This document shows positions 52,942-64,000 of a DNA stretch of 64,000 nt, piece by piece. Under the pieces are notes generated by a model. That model saw only the letters and a program-made list of their open reading frames with translations, was not told the origin of the DNA and ran no database searches. The translations under genes and the position numbers were made by a program. This DNA is from Raillietiella orientalis (taxonomy: Eukaryota), in contig JAYWIR010000012.1 in NCBI GenBank assembly GCA_036172245.1, positions 2,852,001-2,916,000 of the forward strand. The letters run 5' to 3'. Position 1 is the stretch's first letter, and the number at the start of each line of letters is the position of its first letter.

Positions 52942-54300
52942 CCTAGTTTTTCCAGGCTATTTATTATTAAAAAAATTAGTAATAAGAGTACACTTGCACC
53001 ACGTGTGCGGAACTTGCTACGATCGGCACGTAGACCCGCGAGTTTTACGGTGGCGGGGAAAGGAAAACCAGAAGAAAAAAAAAAAAAAAGGGAACACAGA
53101 AAAAGAGGAAAACGGGAGGAAAAGTTTCACTGGGAGGGAGACCAGGGATGGATCACACTTCGCTGGGAGACGTTCTGAGCACCCTGTCCAGGATGCTGGC
53201 AAGTTCTGTCCGCATCTCGCCCAGGTGGGGCCATCTCGAAGCGATTTTCAAGAAGATTGCCTCCCAGTGGATGCTATCCCTTCCATTTTGGCCTCTTCTA
53301 GCCTTCCATGCAACCACGGTCCTGCGAAGACAGAGAGCACTGCAAGGGACGTGACTGGCGGCAGTGCGGCACCACGCGTGAAGAGGCGTTTGCAAGTGTC
53401 CCTGGGGTAACCAACCGTGATTCCTAGGGTCATCGAGAAGCGATTCCAAAGGGGTCGGAGGACGGCACAGTCTAGCAACAGATGCGGGAGGGTCTTCTCG
53501 CCGTACCTGTCTTACTCTGAGCATCCACGCTCCCCGTGTCCAGTGGTGAAGCCGCGCTTTGCATGGAATTCCTCCATGCCCCACCAACAGCACCAACCCC
53601 CGCCACTCGAGGGAGAGGGCGCCACTGTTCCAGCACGCCGGGAGCCACTTCACCTCCCCCGGAGGGAAAGCGAGCAGCTCTCTTCAGTGTCGAAGTCCTT
53701 TCGGCGGGACACTCGGGGTCGCAGCGTCCATGACCTCCTGAGTTGTCCATGAGCACAGAAGTTTCTTCCTGTCTTCGATGCAGCAAGACACTTTCTTGCC
53801 GGTAGGAGCAGGTAAGACAACGGCGCCCTCAACCTACATGAGATCGGGATGTTCTTCTGAAGAACCTCTTTGCCGCCGGACATTCAGGATTGTCTTCTGA
53901 CATTCTACTACGAAGGCATCCTGTGCGGCACAAGGCTCCAATACTGGACCGGGAACCCCGACGACGACCAGTGTCCCACGTGCAGCTCGACCGAGGACGA
54001 CTTGCACATCCACAGCTGCCAAACCCTCGTTAGGGAATGATACCCTGGGTGCGAGACCCCGGTACAGAGAGTCCCGGTCCATCCGGAGTGTCCGGCTGGG
54101 TGGCGCCGTTGTGGTTACTGTCGTCTGGTGGTTGCACTTTCTCCCCCGAGGGAGAAAGTGAGCAGCGGGAGTTCCTGCCGCCACGGAGGAGGTCACTTGC
54201 TCCCTCTCTTTCCTCGTTTCTCCGGAATAGAGCCAAAGTCATCCCTCGGGGTTCCACTTTCAGGGATCTTGGGGTCTGAAGTAGGTTGGCCGGAGGCGTT
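52942..54300 (-). mobile_element. Non-LTR retrotransposon 3' remnant
   Basis: LEWRGLVLLVGHGGIPCKARLHHW...LLDCAVLRPLWNRFSMTLGI (zf-RVT-like), homologous to 41500-41900; T-rich 3'UTR and AATAAA at 52965-52960. Confidence 0.75.
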
Positions 54301-56999
54301 TCGAGTCTTGCCGCGCCAAGGGCGAGCCAGTGCCCGCAGTAGCATACAGGTGGTTGCCAGGGGAAACCGCTTAGATGCCTCCCCTCTGGATCTTCCAGCA
54401 GAATCTTCCGTGAGAGGTTCGGAAAGCGCCCGCGACGAAGAGAAGAGTACTCGCGACAGGAGCTATTGGAGCCTTTGGAGCTCCACCAACCGCTACCCGC
54501 GCCCTCTTCCTCCTTCCCTTCTCCCTTCGCCGTTCCCGCAATCGGAAACGGAAACTTCCCGAAAGATTCCCGGGCGCTGATAGTGTCCTCGCCTGAAACC
54601 TTCCTCCCTCCTCCCCCTTCCTCCGTCTTGGGGTGCCGGGATAATCCTGGCGCTCGAGGGTCCGGACGGCGGCCACGACGCCCGGCGAGCCTGAGGGAAC
54701 GACCCCTTTAGCATTTCTGATGACGCCTCTGCACAGCTCTCTCTCTTCCGGACTCATCTTCGTCAGGAAACCGAGCTCTGGAGGATCGAACGTGCTGGAT
54801 CGTCCTGTGGGCTCTCTGAGAAGCACGAGAGGATTCCTTTCGCATGCGTCCTCTGCGCTTGGCTGGTCTTGCAGGAAGGCGGAAAAAGCCGGAAAGTCTG
54901 AAGAGAGTTCTTGACGTGCGCATCGTGGAAGACGAGCTTCTCTGAATGAAAGCCCCTGGTGTTTGTCTGCGTTTTCGGAGGCAGCAGTCTCTGAAAGGCT
55001 TCGTGGCCGCTCTTCAGCGATTGGTGCTGAAGAGTTGGTGCACCAGCGAAGAGTTCGGGCGACCATGGTTTTGAGGTCTCACAATCTGTCCTGAAATTCC
55101 AAATAACCCTCGAGAAACAAAAAAAAAGCATGAGAATAGGGCAGTCCTCGAAAAATCCCCAACGGCAGAAAGGGGAATCTGGTTGGCCGGCTGTTCGGCT
55201 CTCGAGCATGCGCGTACGCATTTGGATAAGCAGTTCGAGCTTGACTGGTGCATCTGCTGCCGATTCGTCAAGGTCATCAAAAGATGGGACGAAAGAGCAG
55301 TCCGAAAATCAAACGCGCGACCTTGTCCCAAAGTGGCAACTTCCCTCCTCCTCCCCAACGCTGTTCTTAGCACGCGGGCGACGGAGAGCTCGGACTGAAT
55401 TCTAAGCATGGCGTTTCCCAAGGAAACACGGAGAGGATGCTACTTGAATCAGCCAGGTGAGGCGAGGAAGAAGAATTCGAATTTACTGAGCCTCTGAGGA
55501 TGTGCTTAAGGAGCGCCCAAGAGTTCTGTTGCGGAAGGAGGTCCAGACTACGATTCGTCTGCTTCCTCTCATTCGTCTTGCGGTCGGAAGGAGGGAGAAT
55601 GCTTGGAGAGTACTACGGAATTCTGCAAGTAGTGCAAATAGAGGCGTCCAGGCGAAACAACCAAGGCAGCCACGTGCAAGTGAAAAACAGGCGGGAAAAT
55701 CCATTGCAGCGTTCGATGCCTGTCTGTTTCAATTTTTTTTTTTAATAATAGTCGGAGAGCGTGGACGGCCATCCTACTCCTAACGATCGGTGTGCCTCAT
55801 CTCTGCTTCTCGTTCAGCAGGTTTTCCTTCGGACATCTGGTTCTGGTTGCCTGTGCTCGCTTATTCAGTTCTTCGTCTCTCGGAGCTTCCAGGATGCTGC
55901 GGTGAGCCTTCTTCTGCCTCCTGATCCCTGACTCTGCGTTCCTGCAGACCTCGTGATCTCCATTTCCGGGCTCATATGGGCACAAGAACAACTGGAAGAA
56001 GCTTTAAAAGAAACCTGAAATCCTTCCTGTGGACACAAAAGAGCGGTAGAACTCTTCAGCAGCATTGAAGAGAAACCTGTTCTTTTGAGTGAAGCAAATC
56101 AAATTCTTGGGAGAGAGTACCCTTGTTCTCTGTAGTTCTAATCAGATGATGCACATGTAGATGACTATAAGACGCAGCAAAGGTTTTTCGCTGCCCTGTG
56201 TTATCAGAGAAAGATTCATTGGAAAGGATTTCCTGGCGCCTCTACCATTTCCCCGAGGTCTCGTAGCGCCCTCGTTGTTGAAGAAGACCTGATGCACGAC
56301 AGATGTCTTCTGGCGGAGTTGTTCCTCCTGGTCTAGGGGGTCTCGTATGACGAACAAGACCGTAGCCGCAGAAGACGTCAAGTTCCGGACCGGACGCATT
56401 CTATGTGTTAGACTGACCCTGGGGGAAGACGAAAAGGAACGAGGGAGCTTGACACGTGTTACATTTCCTCGACCTTTTCCCCGAACAGCCTAAGACCCGA
56501 GTGTGTAGAGAGGGCGATAGAGACAATTGGATCGAGAACGCCATCTCCATTCTCTTCGCCTTCCTGAGGATAGCGACGAGATGGCCCTGTTCGTCACGTC
56601 TGAAGGAGTAACTTGCTGGCATCCTGCGGGGGATGCAGAGGACACTAGAGTGGCTACCATGATCCCCTCACCTTGCTCCCTAAATATTTTTTCGAAACGT
56701 TTGATATTCATTTATTTTTCATTTCCCTTCTCTCTCATTTTTCCCTGTGTGGACGTCTTCCGGTAGACTGCTTGCGGGTGCAGCGACTCGCTCCGTGGCC
56801 TGCAGAAGCAGTGCGATTGCCCTCCCGCTACAGATGGATGGCTTCTCCATAATGATCTGTTTTATTGCATTGCAATAAACGCTCTGGGGAATCCGAGCGG
56901 AAACACGGCGGGAATCATCGTGGGGTGTGACGGACCCGGAAGTGGTTTCCATCAATTGTCAGACTGCTGTACTGCAAAGGGTTTCTGCCACGCAGGTCG

Positions 57000-59800
57000 T
57001 GGATCACTCACTCCCCTCCATAAGATAACGGTGGAGCTCTCTAATCGACAGGTCACACCGAGCGCGCGAAGGTGATGATCTCCAGCCGACCTGCTTCCCG
57101 GATGAGACAAAATCCGGAAGGCAGTCTCCAGAAGTTCCGGTCTTCCCATTTAGAAGTCCGGATTCCCTAAACGCCGCCGAAGTTTCCAAACTCCGGGGAA
57201 CCGGAAACGGCAAATTATCCCGGAGGGACTTCCTTCCGATTCATCATCGCGCTGGCATTTTTCTTCCTCCTTCCCACGTTCCTTCGTCGCTGCTTTCCGT
57301 CCGTGAACTCATTTCCGGGGCCGATCTTTCGGGTTCGCAGCGGATTTCGAATCTGTCACTGCCTTCCTCTCTCAGTTTGCTCACCCGGAGAAGACGTGGG
57401 GTGGCTTGCTGAATCCGCCCGGAGATCTTCGAGGAGGTAGATCCCGCCCTCGGCACCATAACGGGCTCTCCACGGACTTCCCGCCACGACCGTTTGGCTC
57501 CCTTCTTTTCAGTGGAAAAAAATTCCGCGCACCTGCTGCTGGAATGAGGTGAATTCCCTCGAAGTTCCGGTACTGCCATGTTCAGGAACCCTACCCAATC
57601 CATCCACCCTCCACTACTTTGAAGACGTCTTTATCACAGCTTTACTCCCCCATTCCAGGAGACTCATTGTCGTTACTTTCTGATCACATGGTCTTGGAAC
57701 GAGGACATCCTGTTTCAGTGAGAGCGACTCGTGGCCGCTCCAGACCCTTGTGGAATTCGCCTAGGATTTCGGAAAGAATTCCCCTCGAAGTTGATCGGAA
57801 GCTGGAAGGCATATCCCGTGAGGGCTTTGCTGCCAACGCTCAAGACCAGATTCTAAATAGCAGAGTCCACCACATGGACCTTCTGATTTTTCTGCAAATC
57901 TACAAGAAAAGAAAAATCTACAGACCACAAAGGTGGCAACGAATTCTTCACCTCTCTGTCTGCGTCCAAGTCCCGTCGGGGAACCTCAGGGAAACTTGCT
58001 CTGCTCCTCTCCTACGTTGGGACATCAGCAGCCGGGAGCATCTCGGAAGTGCAAGAGAGGAAAGCAGATGGTATTTATAGAATATATTGGAAGGGACTTT
58101 CCATCGAGGTGCACATTCCATTCTGAAGTGTGGCGGGAATCGGTTCCAGCTTGAGGCTAGCTCACAGGCAGCCCGCTAGCCGGTAGTCGAATCCATCTGA
58201 CCTCCTCCGCGGGGACTACTCAAGGATTGCCCTTTGGGTCCAACTGGTACGGTAGTCCCCCGTTGCTAGAATTTTCGGTCGGTTCCGGAGGAGAATCCTG
58301 TGTTCCCATTCGCCATTTCCAGAGCTTTCAAGTGAGTCGAACTCAGTTCCGCCGCCTGGGAGGGATGCTCTTCGTGGACTGCAGGGAGAGGACGCATCCT
58401 CTTGGAAACTGCTGTTGCAGGACTTCAGCAAGTGGTCCAGACTGGCCGCCACGCAGTCTGCGCCACTCTGCAGGGTAAAATCTCTGGGAGAGAGTCCAAC
58501 TCCCTTTCTCTCCCGGTCATACCGGTCAAAGCGTTTATTTCCTCTGAAAATTAGCCCACAAAAACTCGGGAGGCGAGATCCCGTGGGAAGCAAAGGAACG
58601 CAGGCTGGACAAGCAGAAAGTTTCGAGCGAAAGAGAGGAGACAAAAAAAACAAGATACGTTCCTTCTTCTCTGCAGTATTCCCGAGATGTGAGTGAGCTC
58701 CCTGGCGACTTGGCCTTTCTGTAGGTTGCGTCGTGCTGAGGTTCGGCTGCTGTGGAGGAGAGGTCATGGTGCGAGAGGGGGGAGTGAACAACGCCATGTT
58801 TAGGGAGGAGGGACGTGCATTGCAGAGAGTGGGCATCGGTCAGCGCCTGCTGTTAGTTTGGGAGCTCGCGATCCCCCGCCGGTCACCTGCACGCGGCTTG
58901 GCTCCTCCGGAGTGTGCTGTTTTTCCTCGACTGGGACGCTGTCTTCCTTGAGCGGTCGATCCATGGTCACGAGAGCATGACGCTCCTGCTCCTGATGCAA
59001 ACACATGTCTTCCGATTTAGGTAAGGCCACTCCGACTGCCCTTCGGGAGAGGAGCGCCGAAATGGTCCAAGAAACGGCCCATTTCGGTGACACGGAAGGA
59101 AGGGATCTCAGGGAATTGTCAGAGGGATTAAGGACCCGACCGATAGGAGAAGCCCGTTCCCTCTCGCCTCGGGCGACCGCTCCGATGTGCCGCAATCATT
59201 ACCTGGAGGGCTGGAAGAACACGTTCCCAATCCCCTCAGGGGTGGGGTGGGAATTGGAACTGAGGACTGGGGTCTTCCTTCAGCCGGACGGAGCTCTCGC
59301 GAAACCCGTTCGCCGTTCGCCCACGCGAAAGATCGACTGCCGTCGGCTGCAGACGCAGCGGCCACCTCGTTGCCTTCTCGACGGAGCGACGCCAGAGCTC
59401 CTTCATTTTCCTGACCACCTTCGTGCTGCCGTGAGAGGGGAACGGCCTCGTTCCGTTCCCATCAGCCTTGGAGGACATCTCTCGAGACGTGAGAGGACCA
59501 AGAACTGTTTGTCTTCACCCATTCCGTTTGTCATTCCGGACCCTCGGGACGAGGTTCGCGTCGCGCAGCAGCCCTCAGCACGCTTGCAGATCGATCTATT
59601 TATTTTATGGTGGTCACCTTCCGGGATGCCTCCTAACCAGAAGTCACATGCACCTTCGGGTGGCGTGGGCAGTCTTTGAAGAGCTTTGTGAGCCACCCCT
59701 AAGGAGGCGGAAGTTTCTTCAGCACTCCTTGGAAAGGAAAAAAAAAAGCATACTATGGTCATCATTTTTCTCGCTTCATCACCCCTTGTGACCCAGAGGG
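57000..59800 (-). mobile_element. Further decayed fragments of the same retroelement family
   Basis: 59640-59710 aligns by eye with 33430-33490 (ctcgggtggcgtgggcag...agct.cgtgagcc..ccct..gaggc). Boundaries approximate. Confidence 0.45.
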
Positions 59801-60277
59801 ATCCTTTCCCCTTCTCCCTTTTTTAAAGTCTCGTTTCTTGTTTGTTGGGACGTGTGGGATCCGTCCCTCAAGACTCCGAATAACGGAGAAGACACTACGA
59901 TCATCCCTACGATTGCCCATCGAGAGGAAACTTAGCGGCAGCGGAGTTGCAGTCCAGGATCTCCAGCGATCAGGTTCTCGAGGAATTCTTCGCTACAGCG
60001 TGGACCAGATGACCGGCAAAGATTAATGCGAAAGTCGCAAAGTGAAGGTCAAGTTTCACTCAGCCCAGCCACGCAAGAACCTTCCTCATCTTCCCCTCCC
60101 GAGAAGGTGCTTCTGGTCAGCGAGTAGGGGAATTTTGGGGTGCCCGACCAGCCCCGCTTGCTGCGGGAGCGTTTCATTCACTGGGGCAAGGAGCAGGATT
60201 GGAATTGCACTCCCGGAAAGTGTAAGGAGCCGCAATCACGACGGCCACCTCGCGATCCGGGCGGCTACGCGGGGTAT

Positions 60278-60544
60278 GTGAAAGCCGGAGGGAATAGGGG
60301 GAAGAACGAGTAAGGTTCCTCCGAAAATGAAAGCGGGAGAGTTTCCAGACTGTCACGTCGGGCAATGAAGCTGCCCTCCGCCGAACGGATGCACACTCGA
60401 GTGTCGTTCTGGCGGTTGGTCCTCATAGGGAGGCTGCGGAGCACCGGCTGCTTCGTTGCCCGACGTGACAGGCTGGAAACTTTCCCGCTTTCATTTTCGG
60501 AGGAACCCTACTCGTTCTTCCCCCTATTCCCTCCTGCTTTTCAC
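60278..60544. repeat. Long inverted repeat (arms 60278-60375 and 60446-60544, 70-bp spacer)
   Basis: Arms differ by about six substitutions and one indel; the ORF track shows near-identical peptides on opposite strands (MPDVTVWKLSRFHFRRN / MPDVTGWKLSRFHFRRN). Confidence 0.95.
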
Positions 60545-61681
60545 CGGCTCCCTTCGTGCAGCCTGTAGGCGAGGCGGATGGGGTCCGTGTCATCCACCTC
60601 GCTCTATCGCGTCGCTGATGGAGAAGGAGAGTAAACATCCTGCCGCCCGCTGAGCGGGAGAGCTTGTCGGAAGGAATCCCTGCAAACGTGGGGGTATATG
60701 GAGAATCCAATCCACGCCATCAGTCTTCTGGAAAACTCACCTCCAAAGAGGTACTGGGTATCGTGTGTCCACCGCCCAGATCTCAGCGTGTGACCGCTGA
60801 GGACGTGATGCATCCATCGCTTCATCGTTGGGGCCAGGTAGAAGAAGATACTCCTGCCGATCCTCCGGAGTCATGTCCTGCGAAGGAAGCTACGAAGAAA
60901 GACCTGACCAAAGGCCCGCATAGAAGGATGGAATCCCTGGACGTTCCCAGGGGGAACTTCGAGATCCCGTGCTTTCGGGTGGACGCTTTCGTCCTCCCTC
61001 TCCAGTGCCAGCAGACCATAGTATCGACCAGTGCACCACCACCTTGCTGGTGCACTGGGCGATCGCCCGAAACGAATCTCTTCCCACAGCGGGAAGAGAG
61101 CCCAAGGAATGTCCCCACCGTAGGACAGCGGAGACACCCCCGCACGTACTGCCGGCATGAGGGAGGCTACGCCAGGGACGGGAGCGCATCGCTGCAGAGC
61201 AGCCCAGTTCCCCGATGCTGCCCCGGAAGATCTCCTTCGAGACATGGTCAGGTCTCCGGGCTTGCCGGTCGCTGGCGATGCTCTGCCGCGTGCGGGGGAC
61301 GGTGACGCCGCCAGACCGAAGGAAGAAGGGCAGTGGCCGAACCCCGGCGAGCCCTGACAATCTCCTACATGCGAAGGGAGATGAAATTGTACAGCCTCGG
61401 ATGCAGGGAGCAAGGGAACCATCGAGCTCTTGTGGGCAGACCAAATGGAAACCGGCGACAGCAGCCTTCCCCTTCCCTACCCGGCGCAGGCCTCGGGAAC
61501 CAAGAAAAATTCCACGAGGTTGGTCCATCCCTTTTCTTACTGATTTATTTATTCACTGTCTCCTCTCCTCCCCAGTTCTGTGAGAGGGCAGTCCCTGTGG
61601 GTTCAGGACGACTCGTGTCCGTCTCTGACCCGTTTTGATTGGTTTATCTGAAGTAAACGGTCCGGTGCTATCCTGGATGAC

Positions 61682-63500
61682 AACGTCACGACGGGACGTT
61701 AATTGAAACTTTATGTTTACAAACGAATTGCCAACACACGCAAAAGCTAATCCTCTCATCGACGTATTGGGATTGCAATCCTCCTACATCGGTAGGAGTC
61801 CCGGAAGTGGTTTCCGCTAGCGAGCAGTTTGACAAGAGAGGTCCGCATAGGAGACATAAGGAGAAAGGGAGCAAACAAAAAACAAAATAAAGTGAAATCG
61901 TGCTTAAAAGTCTGGAGGGCACATGGAGGGACCAGATACGCCTCCCTAGCGTCCTCCGTACCCTCCCCAAGGTATCGAAAAGTTCCACCTTGAGGAGCGT
62001 CTTGTCGTTCTCCTCAAACTTTCCGATGGCACATCCGCTGCTCTGGCCTCTTTCGCCGTAGATTCCAGTTCTCCACGATTTCACGGAGGCAGCACAAGGC
62101 TGCGGCTGCTGCCACAGGCTACATTTCGCCGCGCGTGAAGCGGCGTTACTAGACGTCTTTGGGGTTGTCCCTTGGGGAATGACGCGCCGTAAAGGGACGT
62201 TCTAACACAGTTCTCAGGGCCGAATCGCGCTCAGGTGGGAGAAGCGGGATGGTGCCAGGTACAGTGTGAGGCCAACCCCCTCTTCTGGTCCAGTGGTGAA
62301 TGCACGCTGTACGAGGCGAGGCGTAGGACGTGGACCTCCTGCATAAAATGCTGTGGGGCTCTTCACGGCCGAAGGCGCACCTCAAAGACCCAGTCGCACC
62401 ACGAGGACGTGCAGAACACGGCGGCATCCTGACGTCAAGCAAGATGGCGCCGCAGCATCAGATCAGGATAAGGTCCTAGATGGTCGAAAAGCGGATGCGG
62501 AGCTGGTGCCAGTCCGCGCGCGCAATCCCGAGACACGTGGTCGAGGGTTGCCGGGGAACGGCTCCCGTTGCTAACTCGCAACCGAGATCACGTGAAGGCG
62601 CTCGAGTACCCAGAGAGGCAGATCTCTGTCCAGTGGGAACGGCGTCTCCTGCATCCCCGCAAACTACAACGCTCGGCACCTGGATTTCCATGCCGGGACC
62701 GGCGCCACCGCATGATACGCCCCATCCGCATAACGGGAGCGGTCTCCCCGGAGGAGGTGGAAAGGGACCAACCGAGCCACCGCCACCCCACTAGCTGCAG
62801 CACCGCCCTCCCACGGGAGAGAAGCGGCGTTTGCCAGCTGACTGGGTGTGAGTGACCTCGCAGCAGAGTCGGCGGGCTTGGTGGGCTGGTGGTGCCGGCT
62901 AACGCGGCCACACCCAGCGCACGCGCTAAACACAGAGCAGCTGCTGCGCTAGGCAGAACAGCCGGACGTTTCGCTCTCGCAGACTGCGACCCCTTCCATC
63001 TGTTTGGAGTGCATCTCTGGCCACCCCTCAGGTGGCAGCTGCTCGAGGAGGCTCTGCCGTTGTCTGAGCTGCGGTTCCCAGTGCAACCAGCGGGATCACC
63101 GCCCGGAAAGACGCCGCCCTTCTTCCGGCGATGGCGCCACTGCACCACCTGCAGGAATGGGGACGCACCCTCTGCCGGACCGCAGTGACCTTCGGGGCGT
63201 GCGGGAACGCCCCGCGGCCTTCCCGCTTACACCCGAAGGCACCCCAGAGTAGCCGCTGAGGCGCCGCCTCGCACGGGACTGGCTTTCGTCTGCTCCCCTC
63301 GATTGTTCCATTCCGTGTCGCTCCAGGAGGATCGTGTCGTCCCGAGACATGCGCGGGAGGCTCTCCAGCAAGGAAAAAAAGAAAGGTCACGATCCCCAAC
63401 GCCGCAGGGATGGAGCACGTGGCAAGGTGGTCCCTGAAGGGCATCAGGATGAAGGAAGCCTCCTCATGCCGCCTGCATCGCACGCAGGTTGCAGAAGACG
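61682..63500 (-). mobile_element. Non-LTR retrotransposon 3' remnant
   Basis: CIHHWTRRG similar to RLHHWTRG at 53540; T-rich 3'UTR at 61860-61890; terminal motif aattaacgtcccgtcgtgac similar to aataaacgccccggcgtgac at 32265. Confidence 0.55.
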
Positions 63501-64000
63501 CGCATGGTGCGACCGGTGACTCCCGTCCCATCCTCCTTTTTATCTATTGATTTCCTGTCTCCTACCCTACACCCTCCCTGTCCTCCTGCGCAGCCGAACT
63601 GCGCGTCGGTAGTTCTCTTTCCTTTTTCCCCCTCCTCCTGGAAAGTTTGGAACACTCTAATGGATCCGCATGGCCTGATCATCTGCTTGTTTTTTTTTTG
63701 TGTGTTTTTTTGAGGAAAAGGAAGGCCGCATCGTAACTCGATGGAAACGGCGTCAGCGGGAGTTGCGAGGAGAGTTCCAATGCAGAAGGAAAAACCCGCA
63801 ATGGCGGCCACCTGAAAAGGAGCTTCGTGCTTTTCAAGCACATCGGAGGGACCCCTACACCTGCTAATGGGATGGTAAGAAGGCCTACAAATCCTAAGGA
63901 GTGAGGTTGTGGGGTCACTCGTCTGTGCGCTGACGTGCGTAAACGTCAGGACCGGCTGCCCAGGAGTTTCATGCTTCCTGAAGTCTCGCAGGTGGGCTGC

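Noticed and set aside
33500..64000. Hundreds of overlapping 60-270 aa ORFs
   Set aside because: Expected in GC-rich decayed retroelement DNA; no coherent domains apart from frameshifted retrotransposon motifs.
1..64000. tRNA, rRNA or snRNA genes as Tx1 target sites
   Set aside because: No recognisable structural RNA gene seen by eye; a tRNAscan-SE/Rfam search would be needed to exclude them.

Overview
Eukaryotic (animal-like, probably invertebrate) genomic DNA with very short spliceosomal introns (mostly 31-58 nt). The left ~21 kb is AT-rich and carries four spliced genes reconstructed by hand: an HSF5/HSFY-like heat-shock-factor DNA-binding-domain protein (-), calcyclin-binding protein CacyBP/SIP (+), a 1-acyl-sn-glycerol-3-phosphate acyltransferase (-) and U6 snRNA phosphodiesterase USB1 (-). 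It also holds a short bacterial IS5-family transposase remnant resembling Wolbachia ISWpi1. From ~21 kb the sequence turns abruptly GC-rich and is mostly fragments of decayed, frameshifted Tx1/L1-clade-like non-LTR retrotransposons in both orientations. Embedded in this region are: a gene with ~27 acidic 11-aa repeats spliced to an atypical Kazal domain that the ORF track misses; a TTAA-flanked piggyBac-like insertion in an AT island; a ~98-bp-arm inverted repeat; and a recurrent AATAAA + 3 nt + 5-bp stem/5-nt loop signature at retroelement 3' ends. All family assignments are from motif recognition, not database searches.
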